IMG/VR virus record: IMGVR_UViG_3300045988_115574
Location: 1 to 21,111 of that record
Origin: a virus
Lineage: Duplodnaviria; Heunggongvirae; Uroviricota; Caudoviricetes
Direction: 5' to 3' (one strand)
Length of the DNA stretch: 21,111 nucleotides
The notes below the pieces were generated by a model. That model made no database searches, was not told the DNA's origin, and worked only from the letters and a program-made list of their open reading frames with translations. This document shows positions 1 to 10,280 of the stretch, one piece after another (the stretch's first letter is position 1; every line of letters begins with the position of its first letter). Made by a program: the position numbers and the translations under genes.

Positions 1-435
1 AGCAGAGTAACCGCGATTATCTCCGCTCTGGTTATCTGCATCATCGTCTGCCTGTCATGGGCGGTCAATCATTACCGTGATAACGCCATCGCCTACAAAG
101 AACAGCGCGATAAAGCCACATCCATCATCGCTGATATGCAGAAGCGTCAACGTGATGTAGCAGAACTCGACGCCAGATACACAAAGGAGCTTGCTGATGC
201 TAACGCGACTATCGAAAGTCTCCGTGCTGATGTTTCTGCTGGGCGTAAGCGCCTGCAAGTCGCCGCCACCTGTGCAAAGTCAACGACCGGAGCCAGCAGC
301 ATGGGCGATGGAGAAAGCCCAAGACTTACAGCAGATGCTGAACTCAATTATTACCGTCTCCGAAGTGGAATCGACAAGATAACCGCGCAGGTTAACTACC
401 TGCAGGAGTACATCAGGACGCAATGCCTTCGATGA
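1..435 (+). CDS. Rz: Rz i-spanin (P22 gene 15 / lambda Rz homolog), 5' partial; start codon lies just upstream of the window
   Basis: Frame 1 is open from base 1 to the stop at 433-435. Translation [30 protein letters not shown]... has the N-terminal TM helix and periplasmic coiled-coil region of lambda/P22 Rz and ends ...QCLR. Confidence 0.85.
   Translation, partial: SRVTAIISALVICIIVCLSWAVNHYRDNAIAYKEQRDKATSIIADMQKRQRDVAELDARYTKELADANATIESLRADVSAGRKRLQVAATCAKSTTGASSMGDGESPRLTADAELNYYRLRSGIDKITAQVNYLQEYIRTQCLR
191..382 (+). CDS. Rz1: Rz1 o-spanin lipoprotein, embedded in the +1 frame of Rz
   Basis: 63-aa ORF wholly inside Rz in a different frame. Signal peptide ending in a lipobox-like ...LLGVSAC followed by proline-rich [13 protein letters not shown], the classic Rz1 architecture. 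Exact start (191 or a nearby Met) is uncertain. Confidence 0.75.
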   Translation: MLMLTRLSKVSVLMFLLGVSACKSPPPVQSQRPEPAAWAMEKAQDLQQMLNSIITVSEVESTR

Positions 436-620
436 TAGCGATAATTTTACTCATCATCCTTCACATCTGGCTCTGTAGACAGGGTGGTGATCACTTCTGG
501 ATTGAATCCAGATTAAACATCTCATTGCTGATGCTTGAAGTTGAGCATCTGGCGCGCGGTAAGGGGCTGCGCTTAGATAAGAGCCAGTTCATTACAAAGC
601 CTATCTACGGGTGGGCTTGA
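423..620 (+). CDS. hypothetical small protein with hydrophobic N-terminus (possible small membrane protein)
   Basis: 65-aa ATG ORF starting 12 nt before the Rz stop. N-terminal [18 protein letters not shown] is TM-like. Weak SD (aggacg). No recognisable family. Confidence 0.3.
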   Translation: MPSMIAIILLIILHIWLCRQGGDHFWIESRLNISLLMLEVEHLARGKGLRLDKSQFITKPIYGWA

Positions 621-813
621 TAATGAAACCAAAATTTATTCTGGGTAACCAGTTACGGCAGTACAGCGAAACAACCCAAGCCAGTAAGTGGGGAAATAAC
701 ACTGGCAGCCACTGAAAGATGAACCTCCTGCCTTATGGCAAAAAAGATTCTTTGTGGTGGCGGACTGATGGAAAGACATCCTAATCAAGCAACCACTCTA
801 CAGGGTCATAATT

Positions 814-1194
814 ATGAACGACCAGCAAATCGAAAAAGAAATCGTTGAGAAAGGCAAAACCGCCCCGAGAATCACTCCGCAGCACATCGAAGACGTGATT
901 AAAAGCGAGCATTACTTTACTGCTTATGATGGACGAAATGGTGCCATTTCCAGCAACGAATATTGTGGCAGGGAAAAACCAGAAGAAGGCGATCGTGATT
1001 TATCACCATTGAAGTTGCTCACTTTCTGCGTACTGGTGCTGAAGAATGGCTTCACCGTCACCGGAGAGAGTGCCTGTGCAAGCCCGGAAAACTTTGATGC
1101 AGAAATTGGTCGGAAGATTGCCCGGCAAAATGCTGTAAACAAAATCTGGATGCTCGAAGGTTACTTGCTGAAGCAGAAGCTAAGCGAACAGTAG
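814..1194 (+). CDS. hypothetical protein; possibly the N4 gp49 / Sf6 gene 66-like family found after the lysis genes in P22-like phages (recall only)
   Basis: 126-aa ORF with ATG at 814 and SD aggg 7 nt upstream. Position between lysis genes and terminase. Confidence 0.55.
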   Translation: MNDQQIEKEIVEKGKTAPRITPQHIEDVIKSEHYFTAYDGRNGAISSNEYCGREKPEEGDRDLSPLKLLTFCVLVLKNGFTVTGESACASPENFDAEIGRKIARQNAVNKIWMLEGYLLKQKLSEQ

Positions 1195-1297
1195 TTATTA
1201 CAAAAGCCATTCCCTACAGAGTGGCTTTGATAATGGCTTATACCCTACACGGGATAACTTAACTGATATCCCTTTTAACGGATAAACGGAGCCAACA

Positions 1298-1540
1298 ATG
1301 GCAGAGATTATTCCCATGACTGAAGAACAGAAATTCCAGTTAGAGATTTACAAGCTGGTCATGAACCAGAACGCAGCTGCGGAGGAAGCATTTCAGTTCA
1401 TTGGCACTGACGAGCTGAAGCTTGAGCTATTCAAAATTCACTTCCAATCAGGCGGCGCTAATTCGGATATCACGATCCGCACATTGGAAGCGGTGCGTAA
1501 ATCGAAGGAAGCGTTAGACCTGTTCACTACCGGAGCATGA
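1298..1540 (+). CDS. hypothetical 80-aa protein
   Basis: ATG at 1298 preceded by GGAG (1288-1291, spacing 6). Predicted helical acidic protein. Same strand and operon context as terminase genes. Confidence 0.5.
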   Translation: MAEIIPMTEEQKFQLEIYKLVMNQNAAAEEAFQFIGTDELKLELFKIHFQSGGANSDITIRTLEAVRKSKEALDLFTTGA

Positions 1541-1541
1541 T

Positions 1542-1721
1542 GTGAGCCGCGTAATCAATTTGGGTAAGGAGAAGAAATTCCCAATTACTCAAGAGCTATA
1601 CGAGCGGCTGGAAAGCGTCATTCATGATTACGATGGTGAAATCAGTTTATGCGAGGCGATTGGCACACTTGAATTGCTGAAGCAGTCACTGATTGAAAGC
1701 GCGAAAGAGTCCTTAACCTGA
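1542..1721 (+). CDS. hypothetical 59-aa protein, GTG start overlapping the stop of the upstream ORF
   Basis: GTG at 1542 lies in the sequence ATGATGTGA, where the upstream ORF stop TGA is 1538-1540. Open to TGA at 1719-1721. Absent from the ORF track only because it is under 60 aa. Translation VSRVINLGKEKKFPITQELYERLESVIHDYDGEISLCEAIGTLELLKQSLIESAKESLT. Confidence 0.35.
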   Translation: MSRVINLGKEKKFPITQELYERLESVIHDYDGEISLCEAIGTLELLKQSLIESAKESLT

Positions 1722-1744
1722 AATAACAACTAAGTGAGATGAAT

Positions 1745-2233
1745 ATGGCAGCACCAAAGGGCAACCGATTTTGGGAGGCCCGCAGTAGTCATGGGCGAAA
1801 CCCTAAATTCGAATCGCCTGAGGAGCTGTGGGCTGCTTGTTGTGAATACTTCGAGTGGGTGGAAGCTAACCCGCTATGGGAGATGAAGGCGTTCTCGTAT
1901 CAGGGTGAAGTGATACAAGAGCCTATCGCCAAGATGCGAGCGATGACCATTACCGGCCTCACTCTGTTCATTGATGTGACGCTTGAAACATGGCGCACAT
2001 ATCGCCTGCGAGAAGATTTATCTGAAGTCGTTACGCGAGCAGAGCAGGTCATCTACGATCAGAAATTCTCTGGCGCAGCCGCTGACCTTCTCAACGCTAA
2101 CATCATCGCCCGTGATTTGGGCCTCAAAGAGCAGTCGCAAGTTGAAGACGTGACACCTGATAAGGGAGATCGCGATAAGCGACGCTCTCGTATCAAGGAG
2201 CTATTCAACCGTGGAACTGGACGCGATTCTTGA
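1745..2233 (+). CDS. 3: terminase small subunit (P22 gp3 homolog)
   Basis: Translation [50 protein letters not shown]... matches P22 gp3 as I recall it (162 aa). ATG at 1745 with SD-like gtgag upstream; an in-frame ATG at 1739 is an alternative start. Contains the pac sequence. Confidence 0.85.
   Translation: MAAPKGNRFWEARSSHGRNPKFESPEELWAACCEYFEWVEANPLWEMKAFSYQGEVIQEPIAKMRAMTITGLTLFIDVTLETWRTYRLREDLSEVVTRAEQVIYDQKFSGAAADLLNANIIARDLGLKEQSQVEDVTPDKGDRDKRRSRIKELFNRGTGRDS
2012..2033 (+). other. pac: pac site (packaging initiation site) inside the small terminase gene
   Basis: Sequence GAAGATTTATCTGAAGTCGTTA matches the 22-bp P22 pac site as I recall it from the literature, at the expected position within gene 3 (encodes ...REDLSEVVT...). 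Confidence 0.5.
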
Positions 2234-3710
2234 TAACCTGAGCGACGAAGAGCAAATCGAATTGCTCGAGCTACTCGAAGAAGAAGAGAACTACCGGAAC
2301 ACACACCTGCTATATGAATTTACGCCATACAGCAAACAGCGTGAGTTCATCGACGCCGGGCATGACTATCCAGAGCGCTGTTTTATGGCTGGTAACCAGC
2401 TTGGTAAGTCATTTACTGGTGCTGCCGAAGTCGCGTTTCACCTTACAGGGCGTTATCCGGGCACAAAAGGCTATCCTGCTGATGGTAAATATGGCGGTGA
2501 GTGGAAAGGTAAGCGTTTCTATGAGCCTGTTGTCTTCTGGATTGGTGGCGAGACAAACGAGACTGTAACCAAAACGACTCAACGCATCCTGTGCGGTCGT
2601 ATCGAAGAGAATGATGAGCCTGGCTACGGTTCCATACCGAAAGAAGACATCATTAGCTGGAAGAAGTCTCCTTTCTTTCCGAACCTTGTTGATCATCTTC
2701 TGGTTAAGCATCACACGGCTGATGGCGTTGAAGATGGCATTTCAATCTGCTACTTCAAGCCATACTCGCAAGGCCGTGCTCGCTGGCAGGGTGACACAAT
2801 CCACGGCGTGTGGTTTGACGAAGAGCCACCATACAGCATTTATGGCGAAGGGCTTACCCGTACCAACAAATACGGGCAATTCTCAATTCTGACGTTTACC
2901 CCGCTGATGGGGATGTCTGACGTTGTTACCAAGTTCCTGAAGAATCCCAGCAAGTCTCAGAAAGTGGTCAACATGACCATCTATGACGCTGAGCACTACA
3001 CCGACGAGCAGAAAGAGCAAATCATCGCATCCTATCCCGAGCATGAGAGAGAGGCGCGTGCTCGCGGTATTCCTACGATGGGTAGTGGTCGAATCTTCCA
3101 GATACCGGAAGAGACGATTAAGTGTCAGCCGTTCGAGTGTCCTGATCACTTCTACGTAATTGGCGGGATGGATTTCGGATGGGATCACCCACAGGCGCAG
3201 GTTCAGCTTTGGTGGGATAAGGACGCAGACACAATCTACGTTTCACGCGTGTGGAAGGCGAAAGAAAAAACAGCCGTTCAGGCGTGGGGAGCCGTTAAAT
3301 CATGGGCGCATAAAGTGCCAACCGCATGGCCTCATGACGGAAACCAGCATGAGAAGGGCGGCGGTGAGCAGCTCAAAGGGCAGTATGCCGACGCTGGTTT
3401 TATGATGTTGCAGGAGCATGCGACATGGCCTGATGGCGGTAATGCTGTGGAGCCTGGCATCACTGAATTGCGCGACATGATGCTCGATGGTCGCTTCAAA
3501 GTATTCAACACCTGTGAGCCATTCTTTGAGGAGTTCCGCCTCTATCACCGTGATGAAAACGGGAAGATCGTCAAGCTTAACGACGATGTTCTCTCAGCCG
3601 TTCGCTATGCATACATGATGCGCCGCTTCGCCAAAATGATGCGCGACATCAAAAAACCAAAAGAGAAAAAGATACCAGCCCCAATCAGGCCCATCGCACG
3701 GAGAACTTAA
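2211..3710 (+). CDS. 2: terminase large subunit (P22 gp2 homolog)
   Basis: 499-aa ORF. Translation [37 protein letters not shown]... matches P22 gp2 in length and sequence as recalled. Start is GTG at 2211 (an in-frame stop at 2151-2153 precludes an upstream ATG). Overlaps gene 3 by 23 nt in another frame. Confidence 0.93.
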   Translation: MELDAILDNLSDEEQIELLELLEEEENYRNTHLLYEFTPYSKQREFIDAGHDYPERCFMAGNQLGKSFTGAAEVAFHLTGRYPGTKGYPADGKYGGEWKGKRFYEPVVFWIGGETNETVTKTTQRILCGRIEENDEPGYGSIPKEDIISWKKSPFFPNLVDHLLVKHHTADGVEDGISICYFKPYSQGRARWQGDTIHGVWFDEEPPYSIYGEGLTRTNKYGQFSILTFTPLMGMSDVVTKFLKNPSKSQKVVNMTIYDAEHYTDEQKEQIIASYPEHEREARARGIPTMGSGRIFQIPEETIKCQPFECPDHFYVIGGMDFGWDHPQAQVQLWWDKDADTIYVSRVWKAKEKTAVQAWGAVKSWAHKVPTAWPHDGNQHEKGGGEQLKGQYADAGFMMLQEHATWPDGGNAVEPGITELRDMMLDGRFKVFNTCEPFFEEFRLYHRDENGKIVKLNDDVLSAVRYAYMMRRFAKMMRDIKKPKEKKIPAPIRPIARRT

Positions 3711-5876
3711 ATGGCCGACGAAAACAGACTCAATTCCATTCTGTGTAAGTTTGACGCGGACTGGATGGCGAGCGATGAAGCCAGAACCGAGGCGACAAAT
3801 GACCTGTATTTTAGCCGAGTGTCGCAATGGGATGACTGGCTATCAAACTACACTACCCTGCAATATCGCGGACAATTCGATGTTGTTCGCCCGGTGGTCA
3901 GGAAACTGGTCGCAGAGATGCGCCGGAACCCTATCGACGTTCTCTTCCGACCCAAAGACGGCGCTAATCCTGATGCAGCCGATTTGTTGATGGGGATGTA
4001 TCGTACTGATATGCGCCATAACACGGCAAAGATTGCCGTTAACGTTGGCGTTCGTGAGCAGATAGAGTCCGGCGTTGGTGCATGGCGTCTGGTCACACAG
4101 TACGAAGACAACGACCCAACAAGCAACAATCAGGTAATCAGACGCCTGCCAATCCATGAAGCCTGCTCACACGTCATATGGGACGCCAACAGCAAGCAGA
4201 TGGATAAGAGCGACGCTAAGCACTGCACGGTGATTAACGCTTTGTCACGCAATGGCTGGAAAGAGTTCGCAGAGGATTACGGTATTGATCCTGACACCCT
4301 GCCATCTTTCCAGAATCCGAACGACACATGGCTGTTTCCGTGGGTATCGAATGATGTCGTCTACGTCGCTGAGTATTACGAGGTAGAAGAGAAGAAAGAG
4401 AAAGTCTTCATCTACCGCGACCCGCTGACAGGTGAGCCGGTCAGCTATTACCAGCAGGATATCAAAGACGTCATCGACGATCTGGCTAATCGTGGATTCA
4501 TTAAGGTAGCAGAGCGCAAGGTGAAGCGTCGGCGTGTGTATAAGTCGATCATCACCTGCACGCAGATACTGAAAGACCGCGAGAAGATAGCCGGAGAGCA
4601 TATCCCAATAGTTCCTGTGTACGGCGAATGGTCATTCGCTGGTGACAAGGAGTGCTACGAAGGAGTGGTAAGGCTGACGAAAGACGGTCAGCGCCTTCGT
4701 AACATGATCATGTCGTTCAACGCCGATATTGTTGCTCGTTCACCGAAGAAGAAACCTACCTTCTTCCCTGAGCAAATCGAAGGCTACGAATACATGTACG
4801 GTGGAAATGATGACTATCCGTACTATCTCCAGAACAGGACTGATGAAAACGGTAACGACCTGCCGATTGGTCCAATCTCCTACATGGAAAACCCTGAAGT
4901 GCCGCAAGCCAACGCTTACATGCTTGAGGCTGCCACCAACGCAGTGAAAGAGGTGGCTAGTCTTGGTGTGGATGCGCAGGCAGCAAACTCTCAGGTCGCT
5001 TTCGATACCGTCAATCAACTGAACATGCGGGCAGACCTTGAGACATACGTGTTTCAGGATAACCTGGCTACCGCAATGCGACGTGATGGCGAGATTTATG
5101 CCTCAATGGTCAACGATATTTATGACGTTCCTCGCCATGTAACGCTGACTCTTGAAGACGGAAGCGAGAAAGACGTTCAACTCTATGCGCAAGTTGTCGA
5201 TTACCATTCCGGCAATGTGGTCACACTCAACGACATTCGCGGTCGCTATGAGTGCTATACAGACGTAGGACCATCCTTCCAGAGTATGAAGGAACAGAAC
5301 CGCGCAGAGATTCAGGAGTTGCTCACCAAGGTTCCGCAAGGTACTCCAGAGTTCCAGATGCTGATGCTGCAATACTTCACGCTGCTTGACGGTAAAGGCG
5401 TCGAGATGATGCGAGAGTACGCGAACAAGCAACTGGTGATGATGGGGCTGAAGAAGCCAGAAACACCTGAAGAGATGGAGATGGTACAGCAGGCTCAACA
5501 GCAGCCGCAGCAGCCATCAGCAGAGCAAATTCAGGCGCAGGGTATCCTTCTGCAAGGTCAGGCTGAATTGCTCAAGGCAGAGAACCAACAGGCGCAGATT
5601 CAGGTTGAAGCCGCCAAGGTTGAAGCCCAAAACCAACTCAACGCCGCGAAGATTGCGGAAATCTTCAACAATATGGACCTCGACAAGCAGGCAGAACTGC
5701 GTGAGTACCTCAAGCTAGTAGGTCAATTCCAGCAACAGCGCAGCAAAGATGCTCGTGCTAACGCTGAGCTGCTTCTTAAAGATGCAGACCAGACTCATTC
5801 ACAACGCATGGATTTCGCGAATCTTATGCGTCAAGTTCAAATCCCCTCCGGCGGAGTAGCCGAGACACCTCAATAA
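3711..5876 (+). CDS. 1: portal protein (P22 gp1 homolog)
   Basis: 721-aa ORF starting at the ATG immediately after the gp2 stop, with GGAG 7 nt upstream. Q-rich C-terminal helical region typical of the P22 portal barrel. Confidence 0.93.
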   Translation: MADENRLNSILCKFDADWMASDEARTEATNDLYFSRVSQWDDWLSNYTTLQYRGQFDVVRPVVRKLVAEMRRNPIDVLFRPKDGANPDAADLLMGMYRTDMRHNTAKIAVNVGVREQIESGVGAWRLVTQYEDNDPTSNNQVIRRLPIHEACSHVIWDANSKQMDKSDAKHCTVINALSRNGWKEFAEDYGIDPDTLPSFQNPNDTWLFPWVSNDVVYVAEYYEVEEKKEKVFIYRDPLTGEPVSYYQQDIKDVIDDLANRGFIKVAERKVKRRRVYKSIITCTQILKDREKIAGEHIPIVPVYGEWSFAGDKECYEGVVRLTKDGQRLRNMIMSFNADIVARSPKKKPTFFPEQIEGYEYMYGGNDDYPYYLQNRTDENGNDLPIGPISYMENPEVPQANAYMLEAATNAVKEVASLGVDAQAANSQVAFDTVNQLNMRADLETYVFQDNLATAMRRDGEIYASMVNDIYDVPRHVTLTLEDGSEKDVQLYAQVVDYHSGNVVTLNDIRGRYECYTDVGPSFQSMKEQNRAEIQELLTKVPQGTPEFQMLMLQYFTLLDGKGVEMMREYANKQLVMMGLKKPETPEEMEMVQQAQQQPQQPSAEQIQAQGILLQGQAELLKAENQQAQIQVEAAKVEAQNQLNAAKIAEIFNNMDLDKQAELREYLKLVGQFQQQRSKDARANAELLLKDADQTHSQRMDFANLMRQVQIPSGGVAETPQ

Positions 5877-5889
5877 GAGAGAGTTAACC

Positions 5890-6801
5890 ATGGAACAAAC
5901 CACCGACATTCAGGCTTCTGAAGAATTAACCCTGCCCGGCAATCATGCAGCGGCATCTGCTGATGGCTTAGTTGTCGATAATGCCAACGACAACGCAGGT
6001 CAGGAAGAAGGCTTTGAGATTGTCCTGAAAGACGATGAGAAACCAAAACAAGACCCGGCAACTAATGCTGAATTTGCCCGTCGCCGCATCGAACGCAAAC
6101 GCCAGCGTGAGCTTGAGCAGCAGATGGAAGCGGTTAAGCGTGGAGAGTTGCCGGAGCACCTGCGGGTGAACCCTGAGTTACCAAAACAACCAGACCCTAA
6201 CGATTATCTTTCCGAAGATGCACTGGCTAAGTACGACTATGACCAGAGCCGCGCACTGGCTGCCTTCCAGCAGGCAAACAGTGAATGGCAGATCAAGGCT
6301 ATGGACGCACGAAGCCAGGCTGTCGCCGAGCAGGGTCGCAAAACTCAGGAGTTCACCCAGCAATCAGCGCAATACGTCGAGGCAGCCCGTAAGCACTACG
6401 ACGCAGCGGAAAAGCTCAATATCCCTGACTATCAGGAGAAAGAGGATGCATTCATGCAACTGGTGCCGCCAGCAGTCGGTGCCGACATCATGCGCCTCTT
6501 CCCGGAGAAATCCGCCGCTCTCATGTATCACCTTGGTGCTAATCCTGAGAAAACACGCCAGTTGCTGGCGATGGACGGGCAATCCGCGCTGATTGAACTC
6601 ACTCGACTGTCAGAACGTTTAACTCTCAAGCCTCGAGCCAAGCCTGTTTCAGAAGCCCCGCTACCTGATGAACCCATTCAGGGACACGCTGTTGCTGCAA
6701 ATATATCTGCGATTGAAAAGCAGATGGAAGCGGCAGCAAACAAAGGGGATGTAGAGACATACCGCAAGCTCAAGGCGCAACTGAATAAAGGAATTCGATA
6801 A
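5890..6801 (+). CDS. 8: scaffolding protein (P22 gp8 homolog)
   Basis: 303-aa [53 protein letters not shown]..., same length and closely similar sequence to P22 gp8 as recalled. Stop overlaps the coat start (TAATG). Confidence 0.9.
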   Translation: MEQTTDIQASEELTLPGNHAAASADGLVVDNANDNAGQEEGFEIVLKDDEKPKQDPATNAEFARRRIERKRQRELEQQMEAVKRGELPEHLRVNPELPKQPDPNDYLSEDALAKYDYDQSRALAAFQQANSEWQIKAMDARSQAVAEQGRKTQEFTQQSAQYVEAARKHYDAAEKLNIPDYQEKEDAFMQLVPPAVGADIMRLFPEKSAALMYHLGANPEKTRQLLAMDGQSALIELTRLSERLTLKPRAKPVSEAPLPDEPIQGHAVAANISAIEKQMEAAANKGDVETYRKLKAQLNKGIR

Positions 6802-8096
6802 TGGCATTAAATGAAGGTCAACTGGTCACGTATGCTCTGGATGAAATCATCGAAACCGTCCAGAACTTGACGCCAATGGCGTCCAAAGTGACAAAATACA
6901 CCCCTCCGGCAGAATCCATGCAACGTTCAAGCAACACCGTGTGGATGCCTGTTGAGCAGGAAGCGCCAACTCAGACTGGCTGGGATTTAACTGGCAACGC
7001 TACCGGGATTCTGGAACTCTCCGTGAAATGCAACATGGGTGATCCGGATAACGATTTCTTCGAGCTTCGTGCAGATGACCTGCGTGATGAGCGTTCTTAC
7101 CGTCGCCGCATCCAGGCATCCGCCAAAAAACTGGCGAATAACATTGAGTCAGCGATTGCCAAACAGGCAACTGAAATGGGCTCGCTTGTTGTTCACGATA
7201 CCCGCGCAATTGGTCCATCTACTGGCCTGTCTGGCTGGGATTTTGTGTCTGATGCAGAGCGCCTGATGTTCTCCCGTGAGCTAAACCGCGATATGGGCAT
7301 CAGTTACTTCCTGAACCCTGACGATTACCGCAAAGCAGGCCGCAACCTGGTAGATGGTGACATCTTTGGGCGCGTTCCTGAAGAAGCGTATCGCAACGGT
7401 ACTATTCAGCGTCAGATTGCTGGCTTTGATGAAATTCTTCGCTCACCGAAACTTCCGGCAGTTACCAAGTCAACCGCTACTGGTGTAACTGTTTCTGGTG
7501 CGCAGAAGTTTAAGCCGCAGGCATACACCCTTGATACCGATGGTAACAAAGAGAACGTCGACAACCGTGTTGCAACGGTGACCGTATCCTCCACCACCGG
7601 ATTTAAGCGCGGCGACAAAATCAGTTTCACTGGTGTGAAATTCCTGTCTCAGATGGCGAAGAACGTGCTAACTGATGATGCGACTTTCTCAATCACCCGT
7701 GTGATCGATGGTACTCATATCGAAATCACGCCGAAACCGATTGCACTGGATGACGCGTCACTGACAAAAGAAGAGAAGGCTTACGCTAACGTAAACACCT
7801 CTCTTGCTGATACCACTCCGGTAAACGTTCTGAACGTGGCAACAACCACCGCTAACGTGTTCTGGGCTGATGACTCAATCCGCCTGCTGTCTCAGCCGAT
7901 CCCGGTAACCCATGAACTGTTTGCTGGTATGAAAACGTCTTCCTTCAGCATTCCTGGCATTGGTGTTAACGGCATCTTCGCAACGCAGGGTGATATCAAC
8001 ACTCTGTCTGGTAAGTGCCGTATTGCTGTGTGGTATTCAGCATGTGCTGTACGACCAGAGGCAATTGGTGTTGGTCTGCCTAACCAGACTGCGTGA
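6801..8096 (+). CDS. 5: major capsid (coat) protein (P22 gp5 homolog)
   Basis: 431-codon [39 protein letters not shown]...; matches P22 coat protein (430 aa) as recalled, including the C-terminal ...[14 protein letters not shown]. Confidence 0.93.
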   Translation: MALNEGQLVTYALDEIIETVQNLTPMASKVTKYTPPAESMQRSSNTVWMPVEQEAPTQTGWDLTGNATGILELSVKCNMGDPDNDFFELRADDLRDERSYRRRIQASAKKLANNIESAIAKQATEMGSLVVHDTRAIGPSTGLSGWDFVSDAERLMFSRELNRDMGISYFLNPDDYRKAGRNLVDGDIFGRVPEEAYRNGTIQRQIAGFDEILRSPKLPAVTKSTATGVTVSGAQKFKPQAYTLDTDGNKENVDNRVATVTVSSTTGFKRGDKISFTGVKFLSQMAKNVLTDDATFSITRVIDGTHIEITPKPIALDDASLTKEEKAYANVNTSLADTTPVNVLNVATTTANVFWADDSIRLLSQPIPVTHELFAGMKTSSFSIPGIGVNGIFATQGDINTLSGKCRIAVWYSACAVRPEAIGVGLPNQTA

Positions 8097-8103
8097 TAAC
8101 CAG

Positions 8104-8127
8104 AGGGAGCTTCTGCTCCCTTTTTTA
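8104..8127 (+). terminator. rho-independent terminator/attenuator downstream of the coat gene
   Basis: GC stem agggagc / gctccc with a 4-nt loop (ttct) followed by TTTTTT, 8 nt after the coat stop. Confidence 0.7.
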
Positions 8128-8140
8128 TCTGGAGACAAGC

Positions 8141-8383
8141 ATGACACACATGATCTTTCGTCATGGCGACATGAAGAAGTGGAAAGGCGTTGGCTACGAC
8201 TTTGAAATCGTGAAAGCCGAAGAGATTCAGGAATATCTGGATGCTGGTTGGTTTGCACATCCCGATGACCTTCTGAAGGACGTTGCAGAGCCAGAGCCAG
8301 AGCCAGAGCCAGAAGAAAAACAGCGTAAAAAGCCTGGTCGAAAACCTAAGGCGGCAGCAGATGAACCTGACAACGAAGGGTGA
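8141..8383 (+). CDS. hypothetical small protein with (EP)n repeat and a basic C-terminal tail, between coat and gp4
   Basis: ATG at 8141 with GGAGA 5 nt upstream. 80 aa, [80 protein letters not shown]. Overlaps the gp4 start by 23 nt. Confidence 0.5.
   Translation: MTHMIFRHGDMKKWKGVGYDFEIVKAEEIQEYLDAGWFAHPDDLLKDVAEPEPEPEPEEKQRKKPGRKPKAAADEPDNEG
8288..8311 (+). repeat. perfect tandem hexanucleotide repeat (GAGCCA)x4 encoding EPEPEPEP
   Basis: Read directly: gagccagagccagagccagagcca inside the 8141-8383 ORF. Confidence 0.9.
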
Positions 8384-8861
8384 TTTAGTCCTTGCGGCAT
8401 TACGTAAGCTCGGTGTGGCATCAAATGCCACGTTAACAGATGTCGAACCGCAGTCTATGGAAGACGGCGTCAACGACCTTGAAATGATGATGGCTGAATG
8501 GCTTGGCGGTGATGCGTCACCTGGTATCAACGTTGGCTACATTTTTGCTGATGCAGATGTTGCTCCGGATCCGGGCGATGAGCACGGTTTATCAAATAAC
8601 GCTATCAATGCCGTCATTTTCAACCTTGCCTGCCGCATTGCTCCAGATTATGCGCTGGAAGCGTCTGCAAAACTTATAACCACTGCCAGATACGGGAAAG
8701 AGCGACTCGTCAAACTGTCTGCAATGGACAGAGCAAAAGCCGCTAAATGTAAGTCCGGTTATCCAAACCGTATGCCTGTTGGTAGCGGTAATCAGTTGGC
8801 GAAGTGGAACGGTTGGAATTACTTCCACCGGAAGGAACCTTGCGATAACGGGAGCGAATAA
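8361..8861 (+). CDS. 4: head completion / tail accessory protein gp4 homolog
   Basis: 166-aa ORF from ATG 8361: [47 protein letters not shown]..., matching P22 gp4 length and N-terminus as recalled. The longer TTG-initiated ORF from 8283 is rejected. Confidence 0.88.
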   Translation: MNLTTKGDLVLAALRKLGVASNATLTDVEPQSMEDGVNDLEMMMAEWLGGDASPGINVGYIFADADVAPDPGDEHGLSNNAINAVIFNLACRIAPDYALEASAKLITTARYGKERLVKLSAMDRAKAAKCKSGYPNRMPVGSGNQLAKWNGWNYFHRKEPCDNGSE

Positions 8862-10280
8862 ATGCCGATTCAGCAACTTCCGCTTATGAAAGGTGTCGGC
8901 AAAGACTTTCGAAACGCCGACTATATCGACTATCTGCCAGTGAATATGCTGGCTACACCCAAAGAAATCCTCAACAGCAGCGGATATCTTCGCTCATTCC
9001 CGGGCATTGCCAAACGTTCTGATGTGAACGGTATATCGCGCGGCGTCGAGTACAACATGGCGCAGAGTGCTGTTTATCGCGTGTGTGGCGGCAAGCTGTA
9101 CAAAGGAGAAAGCGAAGTCGGTGACGTCGCCGGAAGTGGTCGCGTATCAATGGCGCATGGTCGAACATCACAGGCTGTAGGCGTTAATGGTCAACTGGTC
9201 GAGTATCGTTATGATGGCACGGTTAAAACCGTCTCAAACTGGCCTACAGACAGTGGATTCACGCAGTATGAGTTAGGTTCAGTTCGTGACATTACTCGCT
9301 TACGTGGGCGTTATGCGTGGTCAAAATACGGAACTGATTCATGGTTCATCACTGACCTTGAAGACGAATCACATCCTGACCGATACAGCGCACAATATCG
9401 TGCCGAGTCTCAGCCTGACGGTATCATCGGCATCGGAACATGGCGAGACTTCATTGTCTGCTTTGGTTCATCAACGATTGAATATTTCTCCCTGACGGGG
9501 GCAACCACCGTTGGTGCTGCTTTGTATGTCGCACAGCCATCACTGATGGTGCAAAAAGGCATCGCCGGAACTTACTGCAAAACGCCGTTTGCTGATTCCT
9601 ATGCGTTTATCAGCAATCCGGCAACAGGTGCGCCGTCTGTGTACATCATCGGTTCCGGTCAGGTATCACCAATCGCCAGCGCGAGCGTTGAGAAAATACT
9701 ACGCTCCTACACTGCTGATGAACTGGCTGATGGTGTGATGGAATCGCTGCGATTTGATGCTCATGAGTTGCTGATTATCCACCTTCCGCGTCACGTCCTC
9801 GTATACGACGCATCTTCAAGCGCCAATGGTCCGCAATGGTGTGTACTGAAAACTGGCTTGTATGACGATGTGTACCGCGCTATCGACTTCATTTACGAAG
9901 GCAATCAGATAACGTGCGGCGATAAGCTGGAGTCCGTGACCGGGAAATTGCAATTCGACATCAGCAGCCAGTACGACAAGCAACAGGAACACCTGCTGTT
10001 TACTCCGTTGTTCAAAGCGGATAACGCCAGAGTGTTCGACCTTGAGGTTGAGTCGTCAACTGGCGTTGCGCAGTATGCTGACCGCCTTTTTCTCTCTGCA
10101 ACCACTGACGGCATCAATTACGGGCGTGAGCAGATGATTGAGCAGAATGAACCGTTCGTTTACGACAAACGCGTTTTGTGGAAGCGTGTCGGGCGCATCA
10201 GGAAAAATGTCGGTTTCAAATTGCGCGTTATCACGAAGTCACCTGTCACTCTGTCTGGCTGCCAGATAAGGATTGAGTAA
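8862..10280 (+). CDS. 10: tail accessory protein gp10 homolog
   Basis: 472-aa ORF starting at the ATG immediately after the gp4 stop; same length and position as P22 gp10. Confidence 0.88.
   Translation: MPIQQLPLMKGVGKDFRNADYIDYLPVNMLATPKEILNSSGYLRSFPGIAKRSDVNGISRGVEYNMAQSAVYRVCGGKLYKGESEVGDVAGSGRVSMAHGRTSQAVGVNGQLVEYRYDGTVKTVSNWPTDSGFTQYELGSVRDITRLRGRYAWSKYGTDSWFITDLEDESHPDRYSAQYRAESQPDGIIGIGTWRDFIVCFGSSTIEYFSLTGATTVGAALYVAQPSLMVQKGIAGTYCKTPFADSYAFISNPATGAPSVYIIGSGQVSPIASASVEKILRSYTADELADGVMESLRFDAHELLIIHLPRHVLVYDASSSANGPQWCVLKTGLYDDVYRAIDFIYEGNQITCGDKLESVTGKLQFDISSQYDKQQEHLLFTPLFKADNARVFDLEVESSTGVAQYADRLFLSATTDGINYGREQMIEQNEPFVYDKRVLWKRVGRIRKNVGFKLRVITKSPVTLSGCQIRIE

Noticed and set aside
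3843-5498. Several 90-130-aa minus-strand ORFs (3843-4157, 4245-4601, 4740-5018, 5103-5498)
   Set aside because: All antisense to the portal gene; none has RBS context or a recognisable product.
7892-8530. 212-aa minus-strand ORF
   Set aside because: Antisense to the coat 3' end, the terminator, the small EP-repeat ORF and gp4. The product is low-complexity and mirrors the sense-strand repeats. Judged spurious.
8283-8861. 192-aa ORF giving an N-terminally extended gp4 ([10 protein letters not shown]...)
   Set aside because: Starts at TTG and is the alternative-frame read of the hexanucleotide repeat. The conserved gp4 N-terminus begins at ATG 8361.
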